Shown piece by piece: positions 25,428 to 38,179 of a stretch of 64,000 nt of DNA. The notes under the pieces are model-generated. The model did no database searches, was not told the DNA's origin, and worked only from the letters and a program-made list of their open reading frames with translations. The position numbers were made by a program, and so were the translations under genes. Origin of the DNA: Leucoraja erinacea (Eukaryota). Location of the stretch: contig NC_073408.1 of the NCBI RefSeq assembly GCF_028641065.1, positions 12,462,001 through 12,526,000 on the forward strand. The letters are read 5' to 3'. Each line of letters starts with the position of its first letter. Position 1 is the stretch's first letter.

Positions 25428-25494
25428 CATGACCTGCCTTTGAAGATTATCAGGTGTAGAAAATGATCTCTGTACATTTTGTGGAGTTGCAAGT
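25428..25494 (-). CDS. RBM7: RBM7 coding exon 4
   Basis: Polypyrimidine tract with ggtag| acceptor, |gtgagt donor, 67 nt. (R)LATPQNVQRSFSTPDNLQRQVM matches human QRSFSSPENFQRQAVM. Confidence 0.92.
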
Positions 25495-26178
25495 CTACCA
25501 AGGGGGAAGGAAAAAGAGAAACATGAATACAATGCAGAAAGTAACAGACATCTCAAAACAATGCAAGTTCATTCAGAGCAGTACAATTGTGCACACAGAA
25601 TTTCATAAACTACTTTTATCAGCATTCTTCCTCTATTACCACTGAAACAATTAACATGCGTTTTTAACCAATAGCACTCTTCTAATCTCCATAGCAAATA
25701 CACAAGCAAATTCCTGAAGTTAAATTATCCCTATTGCTATAATCAGAAAGTGAGAGCATATTTTCACCACAGAAATGTACAGTATGAAGTACATTTTGTA
25801 TCAACCAAAGAATGAAAGTGAATTTTGGTGGATGAATTAACTTTATTAAAACAGAACTACAGATAGAACAGGTGAGAAAAAAAGTTTGAGGCCAACCTTA
25901 ATGGGAGGTTTTTTTAAATTTATTTTTTTATTTTTATAAAGAGTCCAATGTCGGGACCAGATTTTGCCACAATTAACTATACTTTTGTATTGGGCACAAT
26001 AGCATCTGTTATTAATTTTGGACTTGACACCCTAAAAAAACCCAAGACACTAATAAAATCTAATTTCTGATATCATTTAAGCCATTATAGAACCAATATT
26101 CACAATGGATTAACTGGTTTCATACTTAAATTATAGCAGCATGTAGAATAAAAATAGCAGAATCTCTAAAGTTTATAC

Positions 26179-26269
26179 CGATTATTATTGAACTGGCTGG
26201 TCTGGTAGGGGCCAGGAGAAGCATTTGAATTCTGAAATTGGCTTCCTTCCCGAGATTCATGAGAACTAC
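26179..26269 (-). CDS. RBM7: RBM7 coding exon 3
   Basis: cctag| acceptor, |gtataa donor, 91 nt, phase 1 to 2. (G)SSHESREGSQFQNSNASPGPYQTSQFNNN(R). Confidence 0.85.
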
Positions 26270-27119
26270 CTAGGATGAAAACAAAAAAGATTTGATTGAG
26301 ATTCCAAGTACAAACACAATACAATTTAACATGCCCATGTTACATTGAAAAAACAATGACAATTCATGTCCCCCCCACACAAAACCAACATTTTTTTTAC
26401 TATTTTTCATAATTTAGCAGCTCAAATTTCCATAATTGGCTACTGTAAATTGCCCCCGATGTAGCTGGGTGATAGAATCTGTGGAGATGATAAAAATGCA
26501 AAGAAAATAATAAAATTAATGATTAGTGCATCTGGATGGTTGATGATTTGTGCCAACTTGGTGGGCCGAACAATCTGTTTCTTTGCTGTATGACTCTATA
26601 ATTCCTGAAAGATAAGCACCATCTATCTACATTTCAGGCAAAAGCCAAAAATCTAATTGTTTTTCAGGTTAGCAGTGACAGCAGTATTATTCCACATTTC
26701 AGCTGCATTTCTTATACCCATGATCTCTACCACGGAAAAAGGACAGAGGGAACAAAATCAACTGCAAATCCTCTCCCAGGGTCTCAAACGTGCCAACACT
26801 GGGCCAAAGTGCTGGAACTCCTTGCACAGTATTTTCACCAGATTCACTGCAGGGACTTTTTTCCTTAATGCCTAACAACATACTTTGCTTAACACTCAGA
26901 ATGTGTTTCCATGAACAAGACCCCAGAGAATCTGTGCTAATTTATGGCCCAGACGCATTACTAAGAGTGTTGCAGGGCAGAAACTTGTCATGAACCCCTA
27001 TCCTCCTCAATTAAATCAGACCAGCTACATGCATATTTGTCTATAAGAGGCAGAAGGCTGATATATTGTGGCAAATGATTAACCAAAGACTTTTAGTTAT
27101 CAATGAGACACTAGTTGGA

Positions 27120-28790
27120 TCAGTAGAATTCTACAGCACAGAAAGAGTCCTATCAGCTCACCACAGCCATGCTAACTGCGATCTCTGCCTAATCCCATTT
27201 ACCTGAAATAGGTCAGTATCCTTCTATTACTATAGATTTAAGTGCCTATGTAAATGCCTTTTAAATGCTGTAATTGTATTCACATCTACCACCTTCTCTG
27301 GCAGTTCATTCCCCACAACCCAGTGTGCAAAATGTGTCGTTCAAGTTCAAGTGAGTTTATTGTCATGTGTCCCCTTGTATAGGACAATGAAATTCTTGCT
27401 TTGCTTCAGCACACAGAACATAGTAGGCAGATCTTTCTTTCATTTTGCACTCATGTTGTACACTTTTCTGCCCACGTGAACAAAAAGACAAATCTTACAT
27501 GAAGAGCTCTAGAGTGTTAATTTATCATATGCACTGGGAACAGAAAAATGAAATTCTTACTTGCTGTTGCTGCTTTACAGGAACGTTAACACAACAACAA
27601 TATTCTAATACTCCAACAAATCATCAGTAATAAGAGTAATAACCTGCAAAAGCCCTTCACTTTCATAAACTTCTGCAAAGTAATTCCTCAATTTCCTATA
27701 TTCTAGCAAGTTAACCCAGCCTCTTCAATGTTTCATTATAACTACAGCCCTTCATTTCAGGTAATTCCTGGTGCATCTCATCTGCACTCTCTCTATTGCT
27801 GCATCATTCCTGTAGTTCGACGACCAGAACTGTCTACAATTTTCTAGGAAATTGGTGAGGCCCACTACACTAGGATAGAAATGTGCAGCTTCACTGTAGT
27901 CGGGTCCATAATATGCAAGTCATAGATCACCATGACCATCCACTCATCATCCCTCTTTCCACTATCTACACTACTACCGTCTCCACATCTATCTAATAAA
28001 ACACACTGCACTTCCTCAGCAAGGCTCAGACCTATACCTCAGAGGGAGATACAGAGACACCACCACTCTTTCCTCCCTTCAAGTCACACAGATAAACTTC
28101 TCCTCTAAATATAATTTTGAGCATGATGAGAACCTTCACGATCTGTTCAATACAGCTAAGTGTGAAGTGTTGTATTCTCGGAAGTTAAGCAAGACTTGCA
28201 CAGTAAATAGCAGGGCTCTGGTGAGTGTTGAAGGACAGAGAGGTGCAGGGTTACAAGCACACAGTTCCCTGAAAGATTTGACCCAATTAGGCTGGTTGTG
28301 AAGGCAGCGTTGGTAATACACTTAAAGAGTATTATGGAAAACTCTGGTCACCATTGGAGGAAGGATAACATGAGCTGCAAAGAGTGCAGAAAAGATTCAT
28401 TAAAAAAGGGCTTGAGTTATAAAGAGACTGGGTCTTTTTTCATGGAGCGCAAGAGTCTGAGAGATGATAGAGGTATGCAAGATCATAAGGTGTATCAGGT
28501 GAATGGTTTGTCTTTTTCACCTATTACGAGAGTCTAAAACTAGACAGCAGAGTTTTAGGGTGAGAGGGGAAAGATTTTTTTTAAAAGGGCCCGAGGGTCT
28601 ACTTTTTCCCCATCTGGTGGATATACAGGGCGAGCTACCAAATGAAGTGGTAGAAACAAGTACAAATATGCTTAAGACATTAGAGAGAGATATGCAAGTA
28701 GAACAGGATTAGAGGGATACGAGCCAAACACAGGCAGATAACACTGGTTCAGGTCGGCAACATGGGCCAAAGGTGGGATAAGTATATGTA
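27120..28790. mobile_element. Old CR1 fragments in both orientations in RBM7 intron 2
   Basis: Decayed CR1 motifs (gaccagaactg, gagtctaaaactaga..tttagggtgagaggggaaagattt). Boundaries approximate. Confidence 0.55.
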
Positions 28791-29292
28791 TGTGTGGACA
28801 GTACGTACAAACAAGGGGTGCCCCTCTGCTTCCCTTTGTACTGCCCTCCGGGAGATATAATGGGCTTCCATTCCATCAGTCTGCACATGAAATAGATCAT
28901 CATTGTCGACTTTCAGCTTTCACATAACTTCAATGCGGCTCAATATACAGCTCAAGAAAAAGCATCACAACATTAGAAACTTGTAGGCTCAATACAGAGG
29001 TAGATATTTTCCAAATCAAGAAATACTAATGTGTCCTGAGGCAATGATTTTATACTAGCTCCGTTTTCCATTTAATTTCCAACACCCAGTCACAAATAAA
29101 AACCATTGTAATCTCGGGTACTACTTGCATCCTCCAATCAAGCATCCCAATCCCAGGCTTCTGTTTAATCTCTGCATTTATCAAAACCACTGCCTTAAAA
29201 ATTGACTAGTTTCTCCAGAACATTTCGAATTGTTTATTGCATATCTCAGGTACCAAGCAAATATTTTGATTGACCATTATGTTAATTCTTAC

Positions 29293-29455
29293 CTGATCTG
29301 AACTGGACTTTGATTGCCCTGCCATACAGCTGGATTCCATTCAGCAAATCCTTCCCGTAATGGACAGACTCCTCGTGCTTAAAATTCACGAACGCGAACA
29401 GTTTTGATTTCCCGTCTTTATCCCGAGGAATTTTTACCGCCAATAGCGGGCCAGC
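29293..29455 (-). CDS. RBM7: RBM7 coding exon 2 (RRM, RNP1)
   Basis: accag| acceptor, |gtaaga donor, 163 nt. AGPLLAVKIPRDKDGKSKLFAFVNFKHEESVHYGKDLLNGIQLYGRAIKVQFRS(G). Confidence 0.95.
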
Positions 29456-30079
29456 CTGGTAAACAGAAAATGAATCTGTCAATTGTACATTGTGAAACTG
29501 CGATTTATGGGATGCGAGGGCTGCCTCAGAGACCTGGGTTTATGTGTCGTGCGGTTTTGTAGGTAGATTGGCCTCTGTAAAATTGCCCCGTATGTGGAGG
29601 AAGTGATGAGAAGTGGGATAACAGAACTTGTTGTGCTGATTGGAGTGGACTCGATGGTGGGTCGAATGATCCGTTTCCATTTGTATCACTAAACAAGGGT
29701 TAAAGTAGAGTTTGAAATAAAGTGGTTAAAGCCTGTACAGCGATTTAATCTGCAGGAGCGAGAATAAAATCCCTCCTGGGAGCCTTTCGGAGTGTAAATA
29801 ACCCAAATCCCGCCAGCAGGGCAACGACTCTGCGAGACGGCGTCTGCTTCTGATTAGATGGAAACTTTGCGGGAGTTTCGTTTAAACTGAGCGCCGGGCA
29901 AGTTCGCCGCAGCACGAGGGGGCGAAATATATCTGAAATCAAACAATTCGAGGGGGAGAAAAGGGACGAAGTCCACCGGAAAATATTACAATCAGCCCGT
30001 CCCAGGGTATCGGCACTTCGGGAGCACAAGGGACGTGGCCGGAGGAGGCAGGCCGGCGCCTGAGCAACAGGCCTCGATA

Positions 30080-30172
30080 GAAACAAAAAGCTGGAGTAAC
30101 TCAGCGGGACAAGCAGTATCTCTGGAGAGAAGGAATGGGTGACGTTTCGGGTGGTGACCCTTCTTCAGACAG
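30080..30172 (-). mobile_element. Penelope-derived repeat with intact hammerhead core in RBM7 intron 1 (sense)
   Basis: The minus strand reads CUGAAGA-A-GGGU-CACC-ACCC-GAAAC-GUC at 30168-30141. Confidence 0.7.
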
Positions 30173-30241
30173 AGTCGGGGGAGAGGGGGTCGATAGAGGG
30201 GAGAGAAGGCCTCGATAGGCCGGCCGCCCGCCCTCCCTTAC

Positions 30242-30334
30242 CTGGAGGAACAGCTCGAACAGGAGCTCCTCCGTCACTTTAATGTCCAGGTTCCCGATAA
30301 ACAACGTCTTATTCGCATCGTCCGATACCCCCAT
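30242..30334 (-). CDS. RBM7: RBM7 coding exon 1, RNA-binding protein 7 (NEXT complex); full CDS 93+163+91+67+417 = 831 nt, 276 aa
   Basis: Kozak gccaccATGg; MGVSDDANKTLFIGNLDIKVTEELLFELFLQ (RNP2); donor cag|gtaagg. Adjacency to REXO2 favours RBM7 over its paralog RBM11. Confidence 0.95.
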
Positions 30335-30639
30335 GGTGGCTGCAGTCCCCTGCCCGCCCGGCACCCGAGGGTAAAACCAGCCCGTAAATCCGATTAAGGC
30401 GCCTTTTTAAAAGCCGCGTCTTCCCCTTCCTCAGGCCCCGCTTCCGCCCCGCTGGTTTCGTCACCCGGGCACACTTCCGCCCCGCAAGCCTCCATCTCAG
30501 ACAACAAACTAAAGTCATTATAGGAAGGGAGCACAGTTTTTATATCTTCTGTGGTATATAAAGTAATGCTCTATGACCTACTTCACAACTTTTTTGATAG
30601 TGCATTTCCTAGTATTTAGAAACTGATATGGAATAGTAG

Positions 30640-30832
30640 TAGAAATAAGGATCTGCAGATGATGGTTTACAAAAAAAGACACAAAGTGTTGGAGTAGCTC
30701 AGGTGGTCAGGCAGCATCTCCGAACAAAAATGGATAGGTGACGTTTTGAGTCAGCACACCTACTTTAGACTGACATGCAACAAAATGAAGGTAGTTCGAA
30801 GAAGGGTCCCAACCCAAAACATCGCCTATCCA
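30640..30832. mobile_element. Degenerate Penelope-derived inverted repeat
   Basis: aaggatctgcagatgatgg...gacacaaagtgttggagtagctcagg...gaagaagggtcccaacccaaaacatcgcc. Confidence 0.55.
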
Positions 30833-32544
30833 GGAACAAGAACCAATTTGTAAAATAGTTTCAAATTATTTTTATTTTCTAGTGGTGGAAATATTTCCCA
30901 ACTACACTTCTACAATGGATAATACACGTGGTGATGGAGCCAAGTGAAAGATACCAGTAAAAAAAAAAAAAAAACAGGGAGTATATCAGTTAGAGGGAAG
31001 GTGATGAATAAAATCTGAAATTAACAAAAGAAAATAAACTATGAATTCTGCAAATGTGAAAATCAAAAAGCTAATTATCTGAAAGAGTTGAAGTCAATGT
31101 TTAGCCTACAAGATTGTAATGTAAAAGATAACGCAGTCATAAGACAAGGTATTATTCTTCTGTCTGGAAAATAACGAGAATGACAAATCCAAAGAATCAG
31201 ATAGATTCAATGTCCAGTGCTTTAACAGACATAGGTGAGGATACTGCAGTTATACTTCTCTTTCAGCTTTACTTTTGTTGCGCTGACTAGGTAGCACACA
31301 ACAAAAGCTTTTCACTGTACCTCGGTACGTGACAAACTAAACTAACTTAACCGCTCTGTTAGACTGGAATATTATACATAATACTATTCTTTAGGAAAGA
31401 GGGATAAAACTGAATTCTAACAGCGATATAGGTGACAGAGATGCAAAGAAACTAAGATATTAGGCATATTTGAAACAGTCAGACAGATTTTGTAAACAAA
31501 AACACACTTCAGTTTGCTGCTTTGCTGTATATTACATCCAATCATGAATGATGGTTGACATTTAGTCAACTAACCAGAAGAAACTCCCAAAACATCTCAA
31601 TCCTCAACATAGCAGGGCTCACAGCAAGGCTGAATTATTCACAACCACGTTTCGGCAGAAGTGAACACCAGATGATTTATCTTGACTTCTTCCTGAGATT
31701 CCCATTATCACAGAAGCTGGCTTCCATTCACTCCAATATATATCACTGAAAGCACTCAATGCAGCAAAACATATGGGACCAGAGAATATCCCGAGTGCAG
31801 TACTAAAATTTACACTTAAAACCTAGCTGCGTCTCAAGCTAAGGTGTCATTGTACACTTACAACATTGGCATCCACCAGAGGTGGAAAAACTACCCAGCC
31901 ATGACCTGTTCAGAAACTGCATGACAAATCCAATCCAGCTAATCGCCAACAACTCGGTCTACTCTCAATGATCAGTAACATGATGAAAGATTCCATAGAC
32001 AATATTATCAAACACTTGCTCACCGATAACTCAAATTAGAGATTAACCAGCAGGTTTCACCAGACGATTGGGTTCCAGACCACATCACAGTCTTGGTTAA
32101 AATGTGGATCAAAGAACTGAATTGCAACGGTGACCTGAGAGTGAAAGTGAATCAACTTAACGTCTTTTAATCTAAATATGGACATCGAGCCCTGCTAAAG
32201 CTGAAGTCAATAGGATTCAAAGAAAAAAAAACATTCCAGTGGTTGAAAGTTTAAAAAAACACACACATAAAGGAAGGTAGACAAAAATGCTGGAGAAACT
32301 CAGTGGGTGAAGCAGTATCTATGGAGCGAAGGAATAGGTGATGTTTTGGGTCGAGACCTTTCTTCAGACTGAGGAAGATGATTTTGTTTGTGGGTCAAAA
32401 TCCAATCCCTGAACATCATTATAGGAATTCTTCAGGGTGATTTCCCAGAGTCAACATCAATGCTTCTTCAATGACCCAACTACTACAGCCACAATTACCA
32501 AGCAATGACGATAGAGAATCTAATCAGCTAACCTTGACATTCAG

Positions 32545-32765
32545 CGTAGGAAGGAACTGTAGATGCTGGTTTACACCAAAGATAGACACAACATGTTAGA
32601 GTAACTCAAGGGGTCAGGTAGTATCACTGGAGAAAAGGAGTAAGTGACGTCTCAGGTTAAGACCCTTCTTCAGACCGAATCTGAATGATTGCAACCTGAA
32701 ACATCACCTATTCCTTTTCTCCAGAGATGCTGCCTGACCTACTGAATTACTCCAGCATTTTGTAT
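32545..32765. mobile_element. Penelope-derived palindromic insert
   Basis: Inverted arms ctggagaaaaggag..gacccttcttcaga / tctgaa..gaaacatcacctattccttttctccag. Flanked by the duplication aaccttgacatt. Confidence 0.65.
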
Positions 32766-33332
32766 CAACCTTGACATTTTATTGCTCAACGATTGCCAAG
32801 TCCTTGACCATCAATATCCTGAGGATTCCCATTGACCATGAACTATACTAGAACAGCCAGATACTGTAACTACATGGTTGAGTGTCCCGAGGTGAATGAT
32901 AATCCAAAGCTTTTCAACCATACACAATGCAAATGTGGGGAAATGATGGAATACTTCGCACTTGCCTGGATGAGTGCAGCACTAATAACCCTCAAGAGCT
33001 TGGCATCATTTAGCATGGCAACATACTTGATTGGCACTTTGTCCACCACCCTAAACATAATTTCCTTTCATCAACTACAAAATATACTGGCCCAGGTTAC
33101 TCCAAGAGCACCACCTAAATACATGATCTCTACCACTGCATAAGGGTACAGAACCTGCCAAGTTATTTTCCAGGGTGTACACCATCTTCTAGGGGTTATG
33201 GGGCGAAGGCAGGGGAATGGAGTTGAGAGGGAAAGATAGATCAGTCATGATTGAATGGCGGCGTAGACTTGATGGGCCAAATGGCCTAATTCTGCTCCTA
33301 GAACTTATGAACTGATTTGGAAATATACATTA

Positions 33333-34734
33333 CTAAACTAAGTGGGACCCGTTGGGTCCCATGTTCACACGGGAGGGCTGGTCCCCCAACACAATATTCC
33401 ACCTCTCCACCAATTCCAATATTGGTGGACAATGGGGGGGGGGACTCAGTCTCTCAAGCCTGATGTGCGGGCAGCTCACTCACGGCTGGTGGGCCGGCAG
33501 TTGACTCACGGCTATTCCTTGAAATTCCATCAAGCCAGCAAATTCAAGTGCAGTTTTATACCACTTCAAGCAGGGTGCAAGGCCACCAAATTCAGGTGCA
33601 GTTTCCTACCACTTCAAGCAGGGTGCAAGGCCACCAAATTCAAGAGCAGTTTCCGACTACTTCCAGCAGGGCACAAGGCCACCGAATTCAAGTGCAGTTT
33701 CATACCACTTCAAGCAGGGTGCAAGGCCACCTAATTCAAGTGCAGTTTCATCCACTTTAAGAAGGGTGAAACCACCATAAAACCACACAAAACACCACAC
33801 TCACAGTTCAGTAGACATTCAGTGTGTTCAGTTGATTCACAGCTCAGAGTCGTGACCCCTCCCTCCCCCATCACGCAGAGACTGAGCCACGCCCACACTT
33901 CTGGGTTTTATGATCCCTCCCTACACCCACCGGAAAAGGTGTGGCCTTCATGGCGTGATTGACAGGAGAAAGATTCTAACATTTTTTTAAAACACTAATA
34001 ACACTATTATTTTTCATTGATGGGAATAATCCTCTGCACCTGATGAGCGGAGGGGGACTAAGATGGCCAAAAATCACAGCCGCAAGTGGTAGCATTTTAT
34101 CTAAAATCAATATACATTGCAAACAGCAAGTTGTTAAGTTTAGACTTCCAACCATTTGCAGTGCGTTTACTTCACCCCAACCCCCACCAACCATTTGCAG
34201 TGCTTTTACTTCAACCCAACCCCCACCAACCATTTGCAGTGCTTTTACTTCAACCCAAACCCCACCAACCATTTGCAGTGCTTTTACTTCAACCCAACCT
34301 ACACCAACCATTTGCAACCTCCACCAACCATTTTCATTTTCAAACCTCATTAAGGGCACTCAAGGTCAGTAAAACCACACACAGTTTAGTAGACATGTGT
34401 TCAGTGTTATTCACAGCTCAGACTGAGAGACGTGACCCTCTCACTTTCCCCCATCTTGCAGAGACTGACTGAGGCACAACATTTCCATATGTTATAGTCC
34501 CTCTCCCCCCTCCCCCACCCCACGAGCAGGGGCAGCAGACAGAATCTCGAATTTGTTTTAAACATTAATAACTCTTTTATTTTTCATTGATGGGAAAAAT
34601 CTTCTTCTCCTGCGCAGTGGACGGGGACTCTGGGTACGATGGCCAAAAATCACAGCCATACGTGGCAGCGTTTTTCTAAAATCATGAAACAGAAAAACAG
34701 GGAGTGCTCAAGATCAGACTTTTAGTAATATAGA
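33333..34734 (-). mobile_element. Non-autonomous Helitron, second copy of the 16391-18175 family
   Basis: Minus strand A|TCTATATTACTAAAAG...GGGACCCAACGGGTCCC-ACTTAGT-TTAG|T. 48-bp array at about 33540-33765 and 39-bp array at about 34147-34330. Confidence 0.8.
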
Positions 34735-35229
34735 TTGTCAATTCTTTGGTGTTACTGTTTATAAATCCTGAAATTCCTTTTTCAGTGGTACTGTGACAGT
34801 ATCTTCACCACAAAGACTGCAGGTCAATATGGCAGCTCACCGCCTTCACAGGAGCAACAAGACAACAAACACAGATAAGACAAGCAATGTCTTGATCCTG
34901 GAAAATTAATGCAATTAAAATACTGGAATTTTACTGATGAGAGAACCAGCGATGTATAAAAAAAAGTCATGTCCAATGAACCAAAAGGCTTTTATTTTAC
35001 AAGAGGTTTATAAATAGTAGACAACGGAACATTTATTTATTTAGGCTTCCAGTCAGTAGAGTTTGCCACAAGACAGAATAAGCAACACGAAAACTTGGAG
35101 AATTGAAGACAAGTTATTGATGTCTGAGATATTGACAGAAGCACAGTGGTGCATTTGGAAGAGCTGCTGCCTCACAGCGCCAGTGACCTGGACCTGCTAA
35201 GTTATCAGCCCTACATTCCATAGCCTGGT

Positions 35230-35343
35230 GAAAACAAGTTTCCAGATGCGTTTGCCTCTCGAAAACAAGTTTCCAGACGCGCCTGCCTCTCGAAAACAAG
35301 TTTCCAGATGCGTTTGTCTCTCAAAAACAAGTTTTCAGACGCA
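35230..35343. repeat. 31-bp tandem repeat, about 3.7 copies
   Basis: Unit gaaaacaagtttccagatgcgtttgcctctc. Confidence 0.9.
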
Positions 35344-35517
35344 TTATCTCCTCGCACCTGTGATCCTTGCCTGGGAACACAGTCTTCAAGGCCATTCTAT
35401 GTGAAAGTGTAACGTTGGCAAACACAACATAACAGCAAAGGTTGGGTAGACCACCCACACCCCCTGCCAGTAGTAGCGCAGAAATGTTGCAGACAAGAGG
35501 GGCTTATAATTGTTTCA

Positions 35518-35544
<27 letters not shown>
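35518..35544. repeat. Poly-G run (27 nt)
   Basis: Directly visible homopolymer. Confidence 0.9.
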
Positions 35545-35550
<6 letters not shown>

Positions 35551-37839
35551 CACGGTATGCTCTGATAAGAAATGCCATAACGATTGGTGTTGGGCGATTG
35601 GTGTTTCGGTGAGAGAAATCCAGCCTCGGAACATGTCGTGAACGAAACATCCTGTGCACTGATAAGTTTGGGAGTGTGTACAGGTTTACGTGAGTGTATG
35701 TAGAAACATCCTGCGGCGTGCTTTGCTGTATACTCGGGGTTTGCGAGCACGTTCGGGGATAATCGCGGATACATGAGTTTATGTGCCTCATTTAGTAGTG
35801 TAATAAATTACTAAGTAAATCAAAACTTATCTGAATCCAGTGATTTATCAAATACAACACCGTCTTTGAAAAGTCCATGCTTGGCCTAAAGATATGCAAT
35901 TTCTCACTTTCTCACTCTGAGGCACTGGGTCCTGGCAACACTGGATTGATGAAGTAGGGGTCAGCCTGGCCTAGCACAATACCGTTGGCACCTTCCACTG
36001 CCACTCCATGCAGCTGCTTGCCCGCAGACTCCGTTCAATTCACTCACCCAGCTACTGTGGGGCCTAGCATTGCTGCCGCCACAATCACCAAGATCTACGA
36101 CCACATATTACCATATTAGCTGATTACAGAACTTTAGGGGACTTAGCCGGAGCGTGGGAGACGGGTTTGTGGACCTTTCACAGTTGTCAATTTTCCCCTT
36201 CACCTTCCACCAGCGCTTTGTATGGCAATATTCAATTCAATTCAATTCAACTTTAATGTCATCGCACAAATACAAGTATCAGTACAACGAAATGCAGTTT
36301 TGCGTCAGTCCGTAGTAGTTGTACATAAAGAGAAAAAAAAACAAGAAAAAAATAGAAAGAGTAGGACTTGGATGAGCTACCCTAATTGATAGGACATTAA
36401 TTGATAGCTGACTGGTGGCACCTCATAGTAATCAGTATTGTGCTCTCAAATATTCATTGCATTTATCGTCAACTTTGCATGACAGGACAATATTATGGTA
36501 AAGCAAAATATATTTTTTAAATGTATCCACATATCCAAGTTTGCTGATACCACAAAGCATCAAAGATATTAAAAATATAATTGATTTAAATTAGAACAGA
36601 AAATGTAGTACTCTTCGGATCGAGAATACAATACTAGAGCTATGCATAGTCCTGGCTCCATGTCCTGCTGCCCATTTGTATTGACACAGATATCTTCTGA
36701 ACCTTGCTGGAACAATGAATGTCATGTTAAAAGTGATGCATGAACAGATTTCCGTCAACCAACTTTATTAAATTACTCACGATGTATATATACACCTGAA
36801 TTTGATAACATGATTAAAATTAGAGGTCCTTTACAAAAATAAACTTGTTATTGGAAACATATTCATGATTTGCAGTTTGTTCCATATGTGACTCAGTAAA
36901 TAATACCAGGGCCTGGGTATATCATATAGACAAACAAGGCCTTCTGTTCGACCACAGTCTGCTAATTTAACAAAGGTAAATCAGAAATAGGATGATGCAC
37001 ATGCCATCAGTGAATTTGTCAGTGAGAAGAAAGTGAGCCACAGTTATTTCTCATGAATTCCAAAGACTTAAATGCCAAGAATGATTTGCTGCATCTTATC
37101 CCGAACTGGTTAAATACGCAGCAAGCTCAAAATTCATATGCTAAGGAAGGCAACAAAAGTTTCACAAACATTACCAAGTATTCCCAGTAGCCGCCAAAGA
37201 CGAGATAAAATTGATGGACAAGAAATCAAAAATGAATTAAAAGAAAAGAGAAATAGCCATTTTTCCTGGACCAGCCTCATCATCCAGAATCACCACAATA
37301 AGGCCCAGGGCTTCCACAAGTATTTGGGCAGATACTTGAAGCTGCCTTCGCTTTAACTCACTCCAGTTAAGGGCAAGGTTTACCTGGTAATGAGTTACTG
37401 GGCAATGTAGTTGAAAAAATCCTGCTCCAGGAACTCATTGGCCAGTTGGCTGTAGGCAAATCTAGATTCTTGATTAGTAAGGGTGTGGGAGAGGCAGGGG
37501 TATGGGGTTGAGAGTGAAAGGTAGATCAGCCGTGATTTAATAATGGAGTGGACTCGATGGGCCAATTCAGCTCCTACGACTTATGAAGCTAGAACTGGAG
37601 ATTCTGTCGAATCGGTTGTGAGTAATGAGTTTTCAAATATTTTGCTTTAAACAAACGAAATGAATATAACTAACATGTTAACAATGAAACGGTATAATGT
37701 AAACATGAAGGTAAAGCAAAATATTTTTTTAAACCTACCTTGTGGGTGGTCTCCAATCTTGGGTCCCCAGTAAATCAATGAGATCTTGGGTCTATAACAA
37801 CCGATTACACCAGCAAAGATAAAAGGTGAACTGCTGGAT

Positions 37840-38037
37840 GAGGCAGTTGAGGCCAGTTCATTGGCCATATTTAAGAGGGAGTTAGATGTGACCTTTGTGG
37901 GTAAAGGGATCAGGGGATATGGAGAGAAGGCAGGTACAGGATACTGAGTTGGATGATCAGCCATGATCATATTGAATGGCGGTGCAGGCTCGAAGGTCCG
38001 AATGGCCTACTCCTGCACCTATTTTCTATGTTTCTAT
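37840..38037 (+). mobile_element. Young CR1 3' end
   Basis: gaggccagttcattggccatatttaagagggagttag...cacctattttctatgtttctat tail; near-identical to 50245-50440. Confidence 0.85.
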
Positions 38038-38179
38038 CTCTGGAGGGAAATGTTCAGCCGACGGTTCGGGTCCACACCTTGCAGGTGGACTCCAGGCAGT
38101 GTCCCTCCACTGATGCTGCCTGACCTGCTAAGTTGCTCCAGCAAATCTCCTGCTTTTTGCTCCAGGTCCCAGCATCCGA

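Larger units (their letters stand above)
29740..30500 (-). promoter_or_regulatory. CpG island / TATA-less promoter of RBM7
   Basis: CpG-dense; GC boxes (ccgccc) and two ETS-like CTTCCG motifs near 30441 and 30474, upstream of the ATG. Confidence 0.75.
31570..34900 (+). mobile_element. Old decayed CR1-type LINE hosting nested Penelope repeats, a CR1 tail and Helitron copy 2
   Basis: RT remnants (gacaaatccaatccagctaat, cttgcctggatgagtgcagc). The 3'UTR gatttggaaatatac..|..aaatcctgaaattcc..ggcagctcacc continues across the Helitron. Confidence 0.6.

Noticed and set aside
16391-34734. Inverted Helitron pair flanking RBM7 as the cause of an RBM7 inversion
   Set aside because: The two flanks of copy 2 rejoin into one continuous CR1-type 3'UTR (gatttggaaatatacatta|ttgtcaattctttgg...ggcagctcacc), so no flank exchange occurred at these copies.
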